A stretch of 64,000 nt of DNA from Desulfatiglandales bacterium (GTDB taxonomy: Bacteria > Desulfobacterota > DSM-4660 > Desulfatiglandales > Desulfatiglandaceae). Positions 46,797 to 55,416 of this stretch are shown here, one piece after another (within the stretch, counting starts at the first letter, position 1; each line of letters opens with the position of its first letter). A program made the position numbers and the translations under genes. The notes under the pieces were generated by a model, which worked only from the letters and a program-made list of their open reading frames with translations, had not been told where the DNA came from and made no database searches. Where the stretch lies: assembly GCA_963662465.1 (NCBI GenBank), contig OY759599.1:768001-832000 (forward strand), written 5' to 3'.

Positions 46797-48518
46797 GTGA
46801 AAAATTTACTTATGAAATGGGTTGTTTTTTTTCTAATTTCATTGCCGGTATGCGTTTTTTCGGGCTGTTCGGACAATGACGGTACGGAAGGAAAGACGGC
46901 CCAAATTGCGGTGATGGTGACCGGCGATCTGGAAAGTCGTATTGTTCCCCAGGATATATTACGAGATGGCCAAACCCTGTCGGTTGGCGGACTTTCGCGG
47001 ATTGCGGTGGCAGCAAAAGCAGTTCGCGGTACGGTGGATGGTTCCTTGCTGCTGTCTGCGGGAAACGATGTTTTGGGTTCCTTCTACCATATGTTTCAAG
47101 GCAAACCCGAAATGCAGGGCATGACCATGGCAGGTTATGACGCGGTAACACCCGGCACACATGAGTTTGACTACGGTACTTCGGTCTACGCCGGCGCCCT
47201 TCAGTTTGCCGGTTTTGATGTGATATCCGCCAACCTTGAGGTCAGCGACGAAACGGTTTCCGACCGGATTCCGCCCTGTGTTGTCAAGGAAATCGCCGGA
47301 ATTCGCGTCGGTATTTTCGGCCTCACGGCGCCTGATTTTGCGTTGCTGTGCAATCCAACAGGCGGCGGTGTTCAGGTGGATCCGGATATTATCCCCATTT
47401 CGAAGGGTCTGGTGAACCAGTTGAGACTGAACGCATGTGACGTGGTGATCGCACTGACCCATATGGGCCTTTCATGGGCGCGGGAACTGGCCCGGAGTGT
47501 TGATGGCATCGATATCATTATTGACGGTTACGACCGCACCCCCATTTATGAGACGGTCAACAATACCGTCATTGTTCAGGAAGCTTCGGGCGGCGAATAC
47601 CTCACTGTTTTGAATTTTACCTTTCAGAACGGGTATATCCGGCATCCATCGTTAAAGCGGCTTCTGATGGATTCACAGGTGGGCTCCGACCCTGAAATCC
47701 AGTCCCTGATGGAATCCTACATGACCTTGTACGAGGAAGGGCTCAGTCAGAAGATCGGCGAGTCCCTCGTTGATCTGGATGCCCGTGAGGACCAGCTGCG
47801 CAGGGGCGAAACCAACCTGGGTGACCTGGTGGCCGACAGCTGGACGGAGCGGTTCCCGCGGGCCGACATATCTCTGGTAAACAGCGGTTCAATCCGGGGT
47901 TCGAGGATCTATCCGGCCGGCCCCCTGACCTATTTGACCGTCAATGAGATCCTCCCTTTTCGGGGCAGAATCATCATGGTGGAAATGACGGGCGCCGATA
48001 TCCGGCAGGCCCTTGAAATTTCGGCATCGGCCATCCGTGTGACGGAAGATGGGTGCGCGGAAGGCAACCGGGCCCCAACAGGCGGTTTTCTGCAGGTGGG
48101 GAGGCTCCGAATAACCCTTGATTTGGAAAAACCGTGCTTTTGTGGTTATTATTCGGGCAAAGAACTGGAAGAAGTGATTCATTACGGCTCAAGAGTTGCG
48201 GATGTTCTGGTGTACCGGGATAACGACTGGGTTCAACTGGAGGCTTCGGAAACATACCGGGTACTGGTCAATGCCTATATTTCCGAAGGGGGAGACGGGC
48301 AGTACCTGTTTCTGAAAGACGGACTCGAAAAAATCCCCACAAACATGGTTACAACCGATGTGCTGGCGGATTATATCATTCGGCGCACGCCCATCTCGCC
48401 TGAAATCGATGGCAGAATCGATCTGTCAGCTACCTGCTGGAACGGGTACGGTATATCCACCGCAACCCATTGCGGGCAGGGATCATTAGGAGACAGCCAT
48501 GAGCCCCCAAACCCATGA
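46797..48518 (+). CDS. 5'-nucleotidase/UshA-family lipoprotein with degenerate metal site
   Basis: Lipobox FSGC; GGLSRI, HEFDYG, LTHMG, ETNLGDLVAD, NSGSIRG and GGDG motifs. Confidence 0.8.
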   Translation: MKNLLMKWVVFFLISLPVCVFSGCSDNDGTEGKTAQIAVMVTGDLESRIVPQDILRDGQTLSVGGLSRIAVAAKAVRGTVDGSLLLSAGNDVLGSFYHMFQGKPEMQGMTMAGYDAVTPGTHEFDYGTSVYAGALQFAGFDVISANLEVSDETVSDRIPPCVVKEIAGIRVGIFGLTAPDFALLCNPTGGGVQVDPDIIPISKGLVNQLRLNACDVVIALTHMGLSWARELARSVDGIDIIIDGYDRTPIYETVNNTVIVQEASGGEYLTVLNFTFQNGYIRHPSLKRLLMDSQVGSDPEIQSLMESYMTLYEEGLSQKIGESLVDLDAREDQLRRGETNLGDLVADSWTERFPRADISLVNSGSIRGSRIYPAGPLTYLTVNEILPFRGRIIMVEMTGADIRQALEISASAIRVTEDGCAEGNRAPTGGFLQVGRLRITLDLEKPCFCGYYSGKELEEVIHYGSRVADVLVYRDNDWVQLEASETYRVLVNAYISEGGDGQYLFLKDGLEKIPTNMVTTDVLADYIIRRTPISPEIDGRIDLSATCWNGYGISTATHCGQGSLGDSHEPPNP

Positions 48519-49329
48519 GAATCCGGACCATGACCCATTGCTGGTCCCTACCCAAGAGCAGTGGAACCTGATGTCGGAAGCGGAAAAAAACATAAAAGAA
48601 GCACGGATCATCGCAGCGCTGGAACGGGAATTCAACATGCTGGGCGAAACAACCCTTCATTTTGATGCCAGGGCCTCTGCAAGCGAAGTGTTGCGCCGTT
48701 ATTTCAAGGACCAGGGCAAGACGGTTTTTGTGGCATCCGACCTGCATACCCTCTATCCGGGGGAGCGTGCCTTTTATCCCGATCTCCTGGTGGTTTTTGA
48801 TGTGCCGGATCATCATCGGCGCAGCTGGAATGTTTTGAGGGAAGGAAAGGGCCTTGATTTTGTGATGGAAATTCTGTCAAGGGAAACCAAGCGAAAAGAC
48901 CGGGTGGAAAAATTGAACCTTTATGCCCGGGTGGGCATTCCGGAGTACATCATTTTTGATCCGGATGCGTTGAGATTGCGTGGATACCATCTGGTCAAAA
49001 ATATATACCAGGAGATGGCCGAAACAGACGGCTATTGTTTTTCCAAAATCCTGGGGCTTCAGGTGCGGGTTGATGGAGACAAGATCCGATTTTCCGTGCC
49101 GGAGGGTTTGGAAATCCCATTTTCCGATGAACTCACCGCCCGTCTGAACGAAAAAATCGGTCGAAAAGACAGGCTCATCGCTGATTATGCCAGAGAATTG
49201 AAAGCTTTGGAACAGATCGCCGAGACGGAAAGAGAACGGGCCGAAGCGGAAGAGCAGCGGGCCGAAGCGGAAAAACGGCGGGCGGATGAGGCGGAAGAAG
49301 AAATAAAGCGATTGCGGACCCTGCTTTAA
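48499..49329 (+). CDS. Uma2-family endonuclease with C-terminal coiled-coil repeats
   Basis: YPDLLVV, VMEILS, K..LYARVGIPEYIIFDP; RAEAE repeats. Confidence 0.88.
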   Translation: MSPQTHENPDHDPLLVPTQEQWNLMSEAEKNIKEARIIAALEREFNMLGETTLHFDARASASEVLRRYFKDQGKTVFVASDLHTLYPGERAFYPDLLVVFDVPDHHRRSWNVLREGKGLDFVMEILSRETKRKDRVEKLNLYARVGIPEYIIFDPDALRLRGYHLVKNIYQEMAETDGYCFSKILGLQVRVDGDKIRFSVPEGLEIPFSDELTARLNEKIGRKDRLIADYARELKALEQIAETERERAEAEEQRAEAEKRRADEAEEEIKRLRTLL

Positions 49330-49651
49330 ATCGAGGTCATTTTTGCCCTTCTCTTCTCCGCCCATCACCCCCAAAGCTGTTGCAACATTCTTCAGCACTT
49401 TGCCGAAAGCGGAAATTTCCGCTTCATGGGTATATGCTTCGCCTCCCTTGAGCGAGAATAATGTCCGGATGATCATGGCGAAGCTGTGCTTCTTCTCCCG
49501 AACCGGCGATAACGCCGACCGTTTCATTGGAGAGTTTATCCAAGGTCAGCGGATTCTGGTTCGTTCTGAATGCCAGATTGCCCTGAACGGCGAAAACAGG
49601 CTCGGAAAAGGACAAAAATATCTCCCGTAACTTGTGATTTAAGCGCTTCAA
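49330..49651 (-). pseudogene. Collapsed remnant of a paralogous PBP sensor / hybrid kinase locus
   Basis: REIFLSFSEPVF...VGVIAGSGEEAQLR matches PBP domain 2 of the 34771-39537 sensor. After about 49452, in another frame, EISAFGKVLKNVATALGVMG matches the Hpt end of both kinases. Confidence 0.75.
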
Positions 49652-49724
49652 ACCTTGCGATTTCTTTGATACAATACTTTTTTGGGATACATGAGAAGAA
49701 AAAAGGAAAAGGTGAAGTCAGGAT

Positions 49725-50465
49725 ATGGCCCTAAAAGAACTGCTGGCAAAAATTGACGATCGGCAAAACCGAATCAATGAAATGCGCCCCCTGGCCGGTG
49801 AAACGCTTGCTTCCCTGAGAGATTACTACAAAATAGGGCTTACCTGGTCAAGTAATGCCATGGAAGGAAACACCCTGACGGAATCCGAAACAAAAGTTGT
49901 CATTGAAGACGGTCTCACCATTGGGGGAAAACCGCTGAGGGATCATCTCGAAGCGTGCGGCCATGCCGACGCTTTTCAGGAAATGATGGCGTGGATACAA
50001 AAACAGACCATCAACGAAGATGATCTTCTTAAAATGCATCATCTATTCTACCGAAAAATTGACCCGGATAATGCCGGTGTATATCGAAAAAACAGGGTTT
50101 TTATTTCAGGTTCACATTATCCGCTCCCTGATCCCGAGCGGGTTCCCGATTTGATTAAAAACCTGATCGCAACCATTGAAAAAAATCGAACCACAATGCA
50201 TCCGGTGCTGACAGCGGCAAGGGCGCATCTTGACTTTGTGTTGATTCATCCCTTTGTCGATGGTAACGGAAGAGTGGCAAGGCTTATGATGAACCTTATC
50301 CTTTTGCAGGGAGGCTTCGGCATTGCGTTGATTTCGCCCATACTTCGGTCGGATTATATCGCATCTCTCGAAGCCGCCCGAAAAAACGATGACGCCTTCT
50401 TAATGCTGATTTGCGGATGCGTATACGAGACACAAAAGGATTATTTAAGGATGATGGGGTTCTGA
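49725..50465 (+). CDS. Fic family protein (class II-like)
   Basis: HPFVDGNGRVAR plus the N-terminal inhibitory motif SNAMEGN. Confidence 0.92.
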   Translation: MALKELLAKIDDRQNRINEMRPLAGETLASLRDYYKIGLTWSSNAMEGNTLTESETKVVIEDGLTIGGKPLRDHLEACGHADAFQEMMAWIQKQTINEDDLLKMHHLFYRKIDPDNAGVYRKNRVFISGSHYPLPDPERVPDLIKNLIATIEKNRTTMHPVLTAARAHLDFVLIHPFVDGNGRVARLMMNLILLQGGFGIALISPILRSDYIASLEAARKNDDAFLMLICGCVYETQKDYLRMMGF

Positions 50466-50500
50466 ACGCGGGGTCAACTCTTCAAAAGCTTGCCCTGATG

Positions 50501-51388
50501 TCAATATTTCCTGCGCCGCATGTGCCCAACGCTTTCAATGACTACCAGCAGGAGTCCGAACCATACCAGTGAAAAGGTAACCAGTCTCCCCGATGGGAAG
50601 CTTTCCTTGTAAATCCAATAGCCCAATACGCCCATCATTGTCGGTGCGATGTACTGCATCATGCCTACAATGGAATAGTTGAGTTTTTTTGTGGCGCTGA
50701 TAAACCAGATGAGCGGCAGCGTGGTGACGAGTCCCGCCGACAACAGCAGACCGGTGGTTAAAACTCCATGGTTCAGGAATGCAAGGCCATCATGTCGACT
50801 CAGGTAGATCAGATAAGCAACCGCAAACGGCAGCAGCAAAAGCGTTTCAATCAGCAATCCTTCACTGCCGCCGATGTTGGCCTTTTTGCGGATCAAACCG
50901 TAGGTCCCGAATGTGCCGGCCATAATGATGGCCAGCGTGGGGAATTGTCCGAACCGAAAAATCTCCTGGGTTACGCCGATGGTCGCCAGCAATACCGCAA
51001 ACATCTGAATCCTGGACAATTTTTCCTTTAAAATAATGGCGGCGAGCGCCACATTGACCAACGGGTTTATGAAATACCCGAGACTGGCTTCAAGGACTCT
51101 CCCATTTACGACGGCATATATGTAGGTCAACCAGTTGATGGTCAGCAGGACCGCGCCGATGCCCAATGTCCACCCATTGCGTTTGAGCAGTGAAATGGCG
51201 CTCTTGAAGAACTTTCGATTGATGATCAGCAGCAATCCCGCCAGGATGAATGTCGACCAGATGATGCGATGGGATACAATTTCAAGGGGCGATACCGCCG
51301 ACATGGCTTTGAAATAAAACGGGGTCAATCCCCAGAAAACGAATGCGGCGGCCGCCAGAAGAAAGCCGGTTCTTTGATCCCCATCCAT
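50501..51388 (-). CDS. rarD: EamA-family transporter RarD
   Basis: WGLTPFY, HRIIWS, EASLGYFINPL, YGLIRK and QYIAPT. Confidence 0.9.
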   Translation of the reverse strand: MDGDQRTGFLLAAAAFVFWGLTPFYFKAMSAVSPLEIVSHRIIWSTFILAGLLLIINRKFFKSAISLLKRNGWTLGIGAVLLTINWLTYIYAVVNGRVLEASLGYFINPLVNVALAAIILKEKLSRIQMFAVLLATIGVTQEIFRFGQFPTLAIIMAGTFGTYGLIRKKANIGGSEGLLIETLLLLPFAVAYLIYLSRHDGLAFLNHGVLTTGLLLSAGLVTTLPLIWFISATKKLNYSIVGMMQYIAPTMMGVLGYWIYKESFPSGRLVTFSLVWFGLLLVVIESVGHMRRRKY

Positions 51389-51393
51389 CTAAT

Positions 51394-51894
51394 TTAACTG
51401 ACAAGCTTAAACTTTTCTTTTACAGCCCCGCAAACCGGACAGTTGTCCTTTGGCGCATCCTCAGCCACAAACCCGCAAACCTGGCAGACATAATAGTCGG
51501 TTTCCCGTTCCGACAGCATATCGTTCATGGCTTTTTTGTAGAGGTCCGCATGACCGCTTTCCACGTCCCGGGACCTTGAAAAGGCCTTGGCGATGGATTC
51601 CTTTCCCTCATCCGCGGCATCCTTGATGAGTTTCGGATATTCCGTCACATTGGCATTGATTTCGTTGTTGAAAGCGGTTTCCAGGTTTTCCTCCGTTGAT
51701 CCGATTTTGCCCCGCATTAATTCCAGATACCGGCGTGCATGCACGGACTCAGCCGCTGAAATGGCACGAAACAAGTGAGCAATTTGGGTGTAACCTTCGG
51801 TTTCCGCCTTTTTGGCGAAGGCTTCATTTCGAATCGCGGCCTTGGATTCCGCGGCAAAGGCATAGGCCAGATTTTTTTCCGTCAAATCCGTCAT
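51394..51894 (-). CDS. Rubrerythrin family protein
   Basis: AFAAESKA, ESVHA, VESGH and C-terminal CQVCG...CPVCG; GGAGG RBS before ATG 51894. Confidence 0.9.
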   Translation of the reverse strand: MTDLTEKNLAYAFAAESKAAIRNEAFAKKAETEGYTQIAHLFRAISAAESVHARRYLELMRGKIGSTEENLETAFNNEINANVTEYPKLIKDAADEGKESIAKAFSRSRDVESGHADLYKKAMNDMLSERETDYYVCQVCGFVAEDAPKDNCPVCGAVKEKFKLVS

Positions 51895-52201
51895 TGGGTT
51901 GACCTCCCTAAAATTCAATGATGATGCGTTTTTGTTTCTTTGCGCGGGCGATGAACCGTGTAAGGGTTTCCCGCATGAAACTTGCGCCACAATATTGCAT
52001 CAAGCGATAGCCAAGTCAAATGTTCATGTAAAAAGGTTCGATCTGCGTGGTTGGTTTTTCTCTCTAATTGATCCATGGGGAGTTAGTGGGGTATTGGTTT
52101 TCACGAAATGGCCTCTTGCATCAAGCTTTTTCATGGCTTATACTCATTTTTCAAGATTATGGTTTTTATGAATCCAATTTCACGGAAAGATATCGTTTTT
52201 C

Positions 52202-53752
52202 ATGAACTCGGAAACCCCACATCGTTTTTCAGAGGCAGTCACGGTTTTTCATGAAAAGCGTCTGCCTGAAAAGGCAACGCCGACCGGATATTCAGCCCTG
52301 ATTGGCGCCTATAATTTGTCCGTTCCGTTGCCGAGAACGCTCTTTGCCATCGGTGAACGCCACAAGGTCTACGAGGATGCGGGGTGGCGTATCTTGACGC
52401 CGCGCCATGCGCCAAAGGCGAGCTTGGAAGGCCATCTTGCTTTTGCCTTAAAATACGAGGGACTGGATCTTGCCGTACTCAAACGTCTCTTTATTGCGGT
52501 CGGACCGGATGAAATAGCAGCGATGGTGCGTGCTAAGCCCACGGGCCGTTATACACGACGCATCTGGTTTTTATATGAGTGGCTTACAAACGAACAGCTG
52601 GCCTTGCCCGATGCAGGGAAAGGGGCATATGTACCCGCCGTCGATCCCCGCAAGCAATGGACGATCGAGGGTGAAAAATCCCCGCGTCACCGCGTAAGGA
52701 ACAACCTTCCGGGCACGCCGGCATTCTGTCCCTTGATCTTCCGCACGAAAAGGCTCGATGAATTCATCGAAATGGATCTACCTGCGCGGGCTCGGGCGGT
52801 AGTGGGCAATGTACCCCGGGACCTGTTGGCGCGTGCGGCGGCTTTCCTGCTCCTGAAGGACTCGAAATCGAGTTACGCCATTGAAGGCGAACGGGCGCCC
52901 CAGGACCGCATACAACGATGGGGCCGTGCCATTGGGGAAGCAGGCCGTCAGTCGATCGACCTGGAGGAACTGTTGCGGTTGCAAAAAATTGTTATTGGCG
53001 ATGCCCGCTTTGTGCGGCTTGGGCTTCGGAGGGAAGGGGGATTTGTGGGGGAACATGATCGCCGGACACGCATACCGTTGCCCGACCACATCAGCGGGCG
53101 ATCGGAAGATCTTGCTTCTCTTATCGACGGCTTGGTTGCCTTTGACCGGGGACCTTCGCAAAAACTCGACGCTATCTTCGCTGCCGCGATTTTGGCCTTC
53201 GGTTTCATTTATGTTCATCCTTTTGAGGACGGGAACGGTCGCATTCACCGCTGCCTCATCCATCATGTTCTTACCCAAAGAGGGATAAATCCGCCGGGCG
53301 TGGTGTTCCCGGTATCGGCTGCTATTCTAGAGCGAATCGACGAATACCGTCGTATTCTGGAGAGTTATTCACGGCGGCTTTTGCCGGTGATAAAGTGGAA
53401 GCCTACTGAGAACGGGAACGTCAATGTTTTGAACAATACGGTCGACTTTTACCGTTTTTTTGACGCAACGCCGCATGCAGAATTCCTTTACGCCTGCGTT
53501 CGAAAAACCATAGAGGAAGACCTGCCGCATGAAACAGAATTCATCAGGCGGTATGATGAGTTCAGTGAACGGGTGGGGAACATTGTGGATATGCCCCATC
53601 GCACCGTAGACCTTCTTTTCCGTTTTCTCAGGCAGAACAAGGGTCACTTATCAAAAAGGGCGCGTGAGGGTGAGTTCGCCGAACTCACAGTGCAGGAAAC
53701 GAAACGCATTGAGCGAATTTTCGACGATGTCTTTGTCGATTTTGTGTTGTGA
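52202..53752 (+). CDS. Long Fic family protein
   Basis: HPFEDGNGRIHR and SYAIEGE; N-terminal FALKYEG domain. Confidence 0.9.
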   Translation: MNSETPHRFSEAVTVFHEKRLPEKATPTGYSALIGAYNLSVPLPRTLFAIGERHKVYEDAGWRILTPRHAPKASLEGHLAFALKYEGLDLAVLKRLFIAVGPDEIAAMVRAKPTGRYTRRIWFLYEWLTNEQLALPDAGKGAYVPAVDPRKQWTIEGEKSPRHRVRNNLPGTPAFCPLIFRTKRLDEFIEMDLPARARAVVGNVPRDLLARAAAFLLLKDSKSSYAIEGERAPQDRIQRWGRAIGEAGRQSIDLEELLRLQKIVIGDARFVRLGLRREGGFVGEHDRRTRIPLPDHISGRSEDLASLIDGLVAFDRGPSQKLDAIFAAAILAFGFIYVHPFEDGNGRIHRCLIHHVLTQRGINPPGVVFPVSAAILERIDEYRRILESYSRRLLPVIKWKPTENGNVNVLNNTVDFYRFFDATPHAEFLYACVRKTIEEDLPHETEFIRRYDEFSERVGNIVDMPHRTVDLLFRFLRQNKGHLSKRAREGEFAELTVQETKRIERIFDDVFVDFVL

Positions 53753-53799
53753 AGCTCATTTTAGATGAAAATACAGTTCGCATTTTTTTGAGGTGAAAA

Positions 53800-54825
53800 A
53801 TGCCCATCCCCGGGAATCTACTGACCACGGCCATGGCCGTTATGCCCCACAAAAATGTGGACCGAGCCCTTGAGCTGGCGCTGTCTCTGGATATCCCTTT
53901 CTGGCCGCAATTGCCCCGATACAACTATTACGAGGACATGTATGTTCAGGCCTCCGAACATTTCCCGGGTATTCTGCTGGATATGGAAAAACAGACCCTT
54001 CGCTTTTCACGGGAAAAGTTCATGGTTGAACTGGAAGCGTGCATGAATCATTTTGATGAGCCCGAATATTTTGACATCAGCGATGTCTATTCGGCGGTTT
54101 ACAAACGATTTCTGGCGCTGGATCTATCCGACAGACCGGCCATTCGAGGCCAGTTGGAAGGCCCCATCAGTTTCGGGTTCAATGTTGCGGATGAAAATGA
54201 TCGGCCGATCCTTTTTGACGATACCGTGCGGCCCTTCATGCTTGAATTTATGGCCAGGCGGGTGAACATACAACTCACCCGCCTCAAAAAGAAAAACCCC
54301 AACGCTTTCATGTTTGTGGATGAACCGGGGCTGCAGTTCCTGTTCAGCGCCATGGCGGGATATGGGGATCAGGCGGCCCGGGGCGATATGGAGACGTTTT
54401 TTTCCATGATTGAAAGGCCTCGCGGTGTCCATCTCTGCGGTAATCCGGACTGGGATTTTCTGTTGGCCCAGGACCTCGATATCCTTTCTCTGGATGTGTA
54501 TTCCAATGGTGAAGTTTTTGCTGCCTATGCCCCGGGCATCAAAAGATTCCTGGATCGAGGCGGTGTCCTGGTATGGGGAATTGTTCCCACCAATTTTGAA
54601 CCTTTTGAGAAAGAAAACCTGGATTCCCTTGAAGACCGTTTGGAGACCCTCTGGTTGGCGCTTTCCAGAAAAGGGATTGACAGGGAGTTTTTATTTTCCC
54701 GAAGTCTGCTTTCGCCCGCCACCTGTTGCCTGGTGAACCCGGACGGGGAAAAAACCGTTGAAGCGGCTTTTCAGACCATCAGCACGCTATCTAAAAGGCT
54801 CAGGGAGAAATATGGGCTTCCCTAA
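53800..54825 (+). CDS. Cobalamin-independent methionine synthase-like (core MetE/UROD-fold) protein
   Basis: PFWPQLP, QLEGPISF, FVDEPGL, GVHLCGN, WGIVPT and SPATCCL (HxC...C Zn ligands). Confidence 0.7.
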   Translation: MPIPGNLLTTAMAVMPHKNVDRALELALSLDIPFWPQLPRYNYYEDMYVQASEHFPGILLDMEKQTLRFSREKFMVELEACMNHFDEPEYFDISDVYSAVYKRFLALDLSDRPAIRGQLEGPISFGFNVADENDRPILFDDTVRPFMLEFMARRVNIQLTRLKKKNPNAFMFVDEPGLQFLFSAMAGYGDQAARGDMETFFSMIERPRGVHLCGNPDWDFLLAQDLDILSLDVYSNGEVFAAYAPGIKRFLDRGGVLVWGIVPTNFEPFEKENLDSLEDRLETLWLALSRKGIDREFLFSRSLLSPATCCLVNPDGEKTVEAAFQTISTLSKRLREKYGLP

Positions 54826-54849
54826 AACCAACATGAAAGGACGATTGTT

Positions 54850-55389
54850 ATGCCTGATATCAACCAAAAAGCAGTGGACCGAAAAGTGCTTCTGTCCGAT
54901 GGAACCGAAAAACGACTGAGCCAATTCTGGAAAAAAGAAACATTGGTTCTGGTATTTCTTCGCCATTTCGGCTGACCCTTCTGCCGAAAGCAGGTGGCGC
55001 AGTTGCGCGACAAAGCGGACGATTTTACGAAAGCCAAAGTCCGGGTGCTTCTGGTGGGGATGGGGTCCCCAAAGGGATCGAAAGAATTTCTGAAACGCTT
55101 TGAGGTTCCTTTTTCCATGGTCTGTGATCCGGACCGAAAACTTTATGATGATTATGGTCTCAAACGAATGGGGGTCCTGGATTTTCTCTCACCATCCCTG
55201 GCGTTAAAAAGCCTGTCGGTCGTGGCTCAGGGTAATCTGGTGGGGGTGCCCGAAGGGGATGTGAAACAACTGGCGGGCGTGTTTATTATCAATGTCTCGG
55301 GCGTTGTTCGGTTTCGTCATCTTTCAGCGGATCCGGCGGACTTTCCACCGGCTGAAGATGTGCTGGCGGCGCTTGAATCTATTTCATAA
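54850..55389 (+). CDS. Selenoprotein: AhpC/TSA-like (thioredoxin-fold) redox protein with UxxC motif
   Basis: ATG 54850 (AAAGGA RBS) reads MPDINQ...LVFLRHFG-TGA(54973)-PFCRKQVAQLR in frame with the annotated 54994 ORF; CDPDRKLY..YGL and QLAGVF motifs. Confidence 0.85.
54976..55010 (+). promoter_or_regulatory. Candidate bacterial SECIS
   Basis: GTGGCGCA-GT-TGCGCGAC hairpin with an apical G about 27 nt after the UGA. Confidence 0.5.
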
Positions 55390-55416
55390 CAGGCTCTGAG
55401 GAAAGGGGAGGGAAGC

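Noticed and set aside
49237..49295. 21-bp-period repeats in the Uma2 tail
   Set aside because: Ordinary RAEAE coiled-coil repeats typical of this family.
51900..52010. Riboswitch upstream of rubrerythrin
   Set aside because: No recognisable riboswitch consensus found by eye.
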